A stretch of 42,923 nucleotides of DNA. Source: an uncultured Gammaproteobacteria bacterium (GTDB lineage Bacteria > Patescibacteriota > Microgenomatia > UM-FILTER-40-11). The stretch lies in NCBI GenBank assembly GCA_964452885.1, contig CAYVNK010000001.1, positions 1 through 42,923 on the forward strand. Direction: 5' to 3'. Below the pieces are notes generated by a model, which did not search any database, was not told the origin of the DNA, and saw only the letters and a list, made by a program, of their open reading frames with translations. Shown in pieces: positions 40,419-42,923 of the stretch (positions within the stretch are counted from its first letter, which is position 1; each line of letters begins with the position of its first letter). A program made the translations under genes and the position numbers.

Positions 40419-42101
40419 GTGCGTATGGTAAAAGTGAAAAATTTCTGGCAAAACAGCAAAGACATTTTTTTACGGCGGCAGTCGGGTATTCTTTCCGCGG
40501 CTTTGGTGATTGCGCTTACTTACGGAATTTCCATGATTTTGGGGATTTTCCGGGAAAGGCTATTAGTTTCCCGTTTTTTTTCCTGCTGCCGGGAAAATTT
40601 GGATGTTTATTATGCCGCTTTCCGCCTGCCGGACATGATTTTTCAGCTTGTGGTCATCGGCGCCTTATCGGCCGCTTTTATTCCGGTTTTTTCGGAAAAA
40701 CTGGCCAAAAATGTTAAAGAAGCCAACGAACTGGCTTCCTCGTTCATTAATTTATTACTGGGCTTTTTTCTGATTTTGGCAGTGGCCATTTTTATTGCCG
40801 CCAAGCCGATTTCGATTTTAATTACTGGCAATTTTACGCTCTCGCAAATAGATTTGATGACGCAAATGACAAGGTTGATGCTCTTGGCCCAAATTTTTTT
40901 TCTGCTTTCCAATTTTCTTTCCGCCATGATACAGTCGCACCAGCGTTTTTTATTACCTGCCCTTTCGCCAATTGTTTATAACCTAGGAATTATCGCTTCG
41001 GTTTTTTTCCTTTCCAAACCTTTGGGAATTTGGTCAGCCAGCGTCGGGGTTTTAATCGGCGCTTTTTTCCACCTCATTATTCAGATTCCTTTGGCGATAA
41101 AATTGGGTTTCCGTTACCGGCTGGTCTTAAATTGGGCTGATGCAGGGGTGAGAAAAATGGTTCGGTTGATGCTGCCGCGGACCATGGCCTTGGCCGCTTC
41201 CCAGGTGGAAGCCACCGTTTCCCTTTTTCTAGCCACTTCGCTTTCCACCGGCTCTTTGACGCTTTATTATCTGGCACAAAGACTGGCCGATTTGCCGGTA
41301 AGACTCGTAGGTACTTCCATTGGTCAGGCGGCCTTACCGCTCCTTTCCCTTCAGTTGGCGGAACAGAAAAACGAGGACTTTAAAAAAACTTTGGTTCAGT
41401 CATTATCCCAGATTCTTTATCTGTCCCTGCCGTTAACCGCCGTTTTTCTGGTTTTGCGGGTTCCTTTTGTCCGTTTTGCCTACGGGGCGAGAAGTTTCCC
41501 CTGGGAGGCAACGATTACGACTGGAAAAACACTGGCAGCCATCACCCTTTCTATTTTTCCCCAGTGCGCCATTCAACTCTTAATTCGGGGCTTTTATGCC
41601 CTGCACGATACAACCATTCCTTTTTTTGCCAGCGTGGTTTCGGTTATTATCAGTATCGTCTTAAGTTTATTTTTCATTTTTTCCCTGAACTTGGGGATTT
41701 TCGGTTTGGCTTTGGCTTTTTCGATTTCCAACCTCATTAATTTTTTGCTCTTGATTTTTCTTTTTCAGTTTAAAAAGGAGAAGTTTATCGGCCGGGGAGA
41801 ATTGCTAAGCTGGTTTAAAATGGCCTTTGCTTCGGTGATTGTTGCTTTGGTTACCTGGGGGTCAATGAGACTTTTGGATATTTTTGTTTTTGATACTTCC
41901 CGGGCGTTTCCGCTTCTTTTGTTAACGGTTATTTCCAGTCTGGTCGGAATACTCGTTTATTTCGGTCTTTCCAAACTATTTAAGCTTAAAGAACTGAAAA
42001 CGATTGTCGGCATCAGCCGCAAGATTTCCCAATGGCCAAAGTCACTCCTGCCGGTGAAAGAAATTATCGAACCGCCTCTCAATACGCCGAGTGGGGTTTA
42101 A
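40419..42101 (+). CDS. murJ: Lipid II flippase MurJ (MviN family)
   Basis: SRFFSCCRENLDVYYAAFRLPDMIFQLVVIGALSAAFIPVF is the typical MurJ N-terminus. The protein has about 14 TM segments and 560 aa. GTG start at 40419, with an alternative ATG at 40425. Confidence 0.85.
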   Translation: MRMVKVKNFWQNSKDIFLRRQSGILSAALVIALTYGISMILGIFRERLLVSRFFSCCRENLDVYYAAFRLPDMIFQLVVIGALSAAFIPVFSEKLAKNVKEANELASSFINLLLGFFLILAVAIFIAAKPISILITGNFTLSQIDLMTQMTRLMLLAQIFFLLSNFLSAMIQSHQRFLLPALSPIVYNLGIIASVFFLSKPLGIWSASVGVLIGAFFHLIIQIPLAIKLGFRYRLVLNWADAGVRKMVRLMLPRTMALAASQVEATVSLFLATSLSTGSLTLYYLAQRLADLPVRLVGTSIGQAALPLLSLQLAEQKNEDFKKTLVQSLSQILYLSLPLTAVFLVLRVPFVRFAYGARSFPWEATITTGKTLAAITLSIFPQCAIQLLIRGFYALHDTTIPFFASVVSVIISIVLSLFFIFSLNLGIFGLALAFSISNLINFLLLIFLFQFKKEKFIGRGELLSWFKMAFASVIVALVTWGSMRLLDIFVFDTSRAFPLLLLTVISSLVGILVYFGLSKLFKLKELKTIVGISRKISQWPKSLLPVKEIIEPPLNTPSGV

Positions 42102-42229
42102 ACAGCCTCAAAAAACAGAGTCTTGTCAGTCCAAAGTGATAATGTCCTCTTTAGACAATATAGAAATGGCCGCTTTTGGCAATCATAATAGCAAGGTTAA
42201 TAATTTAATCAACCTTGAAAGGATTGCCA

Positions 42230-42923
42230 ATGAAAGGACAATTAAATATGAGTATCAAAGAGGCAGACAGGATTACTATTTTGGATTCTCTTGTAAAAGG
42301 GAAAATCAAACAAAAGAAAGCAGCGGAATTAATGGGGCTTTCTGCCAGACAAACAAGAAGACTGAAAAAGAAATACCAAGCTTTAGGGCTAGCGGCGCTT
42401 ATCCATGGCAACCGGGGGAAAGAAAGCAACCATAAAATTAAAGAGGAGGAAATTGAAAAAGTGATGCAGATTGTTAAAAGTAAATATTATGATTTTGGTC
42501 CAACCCTGGCTTTTGAAAAACTAAGGGAGAAAAAAGAGATTACTTTCTCGGTGGAAAAATTAAGACAGGTTATGGTTGAGGAAGGACTCTGGAAAATTAA
42601 AAGGAAAAGAAGAACTAAAATTTATCAGGCAAGAGAAAGAAGAGAAGCTCTGGGAGAACTGGTTCAAATTGATGGTTCTCCTTTTGACTGGTTTGAAGGC
42701 AGAGCAGATAAAACAGGAAACATTACTGATTCCTGCTCTCTTTTGGTTTTCATTGATGACGCCACTGGAAAACTGCTAAATCTTTGGTTTGCTCCCTGCG
42801 AGTCCACCAGCGCCTACTTTGAGGCAAGCAAACTTTACTTGACCTCTTGGGGCAAACCATTGGCTCTTTATCTTGATAAACATGGAATCTTTAGAATCAA
42901 CACGACTAAGGGCGGAATCAGTG
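42230..42923 (+). mobile_element. IS transposase gene, 5' part (HTH plus DDE/integrase-core; resembles proteins labelled ISNCY family), running off the window
   Basis: An open frame from ATG 42230 to the window end is absent from the track because it has no stop. It reads MKGQLNMSIKEADRITILDSLVKGKIKQKKAAELMGLSARQTRRLKKKYQALGLAALIHGNRGKESNHKI...YYDFGPTLAFEKL...GLWKIKRKRRTKIYQARERREALGELVQIDGSPFDWFEGR...LLVFIDDATGKLL... Confidence 0.75.

Noticed and set aside
42091-42435. Track ORFs 42091..42435 (+), 42205..42429 (-) and 42576..42779 (+).
   Set aside because: They are in the wrong frame or strand relative to the long open transposase frame (42230 to the window end), which has clear HTH and DDE-transposase similarity.

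Overview
AT-rich, gene-dense bacterial window using the standard code: TAA, TAG and TGA all terminate conserved genes. The gene content points to a Candidate Phyla Radiation / Patescibacteria (Microgenomates-like) genome, though this is an inference. That content includes many GT-C/GT39-like membrane glycosyltransferases, DUF2298, FemAB paralogues, a minimal pilNO module, short MetRS, S20 and MurJ. Housekeeping genes present are metG, rmuC, an alkD-like gene, pcrA, rpsT, murJ and a tRNA-Cys. Two cell-envelope glycosylation clusters lie at 2.7-8.0 kb and 26.4-37.3 kb. The most unusual region is 12.3-21.5 kb, centred on a 1351-aa UvrD-type helicase fused to a Cas4/AddB-type Fe-S nuclease (15042..19097). 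(i) This gene carries a 362-aa intein in helicase motif III, and the intein's endonuclease insert looks GIY-YIG-like rather than LAGLIDADG or HNH. (ii) A diverged ghost copy of its promoter and first ~20 codons lies 390 bp upstream, displaced by an inserted DUF3175 gene. (iii) Its last ~45 nt (CxxCx5C plus stop) are present four times, delimiting three small cassettes: a YjjX-like NTPase, an orphan two-gene pair and vapBC. No integrase is present among them. Other notable features are several inactivated genes, recurrent in-frame heptanucleotide and hexanucleotide tandem arrays inside unrelated genes, -10-like boxes 6-7 nt upstream of start codons, and a partial IS transposase at the right edge. 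The inactivated genes are a RecD-like helicase next to tRNA-Cys, an ATPase-wHTH regulator with a single TAA, and homopolymer-associated frameshifts in the NTPase and one GT-C gene. No rRNA or CRISPR array was seen.
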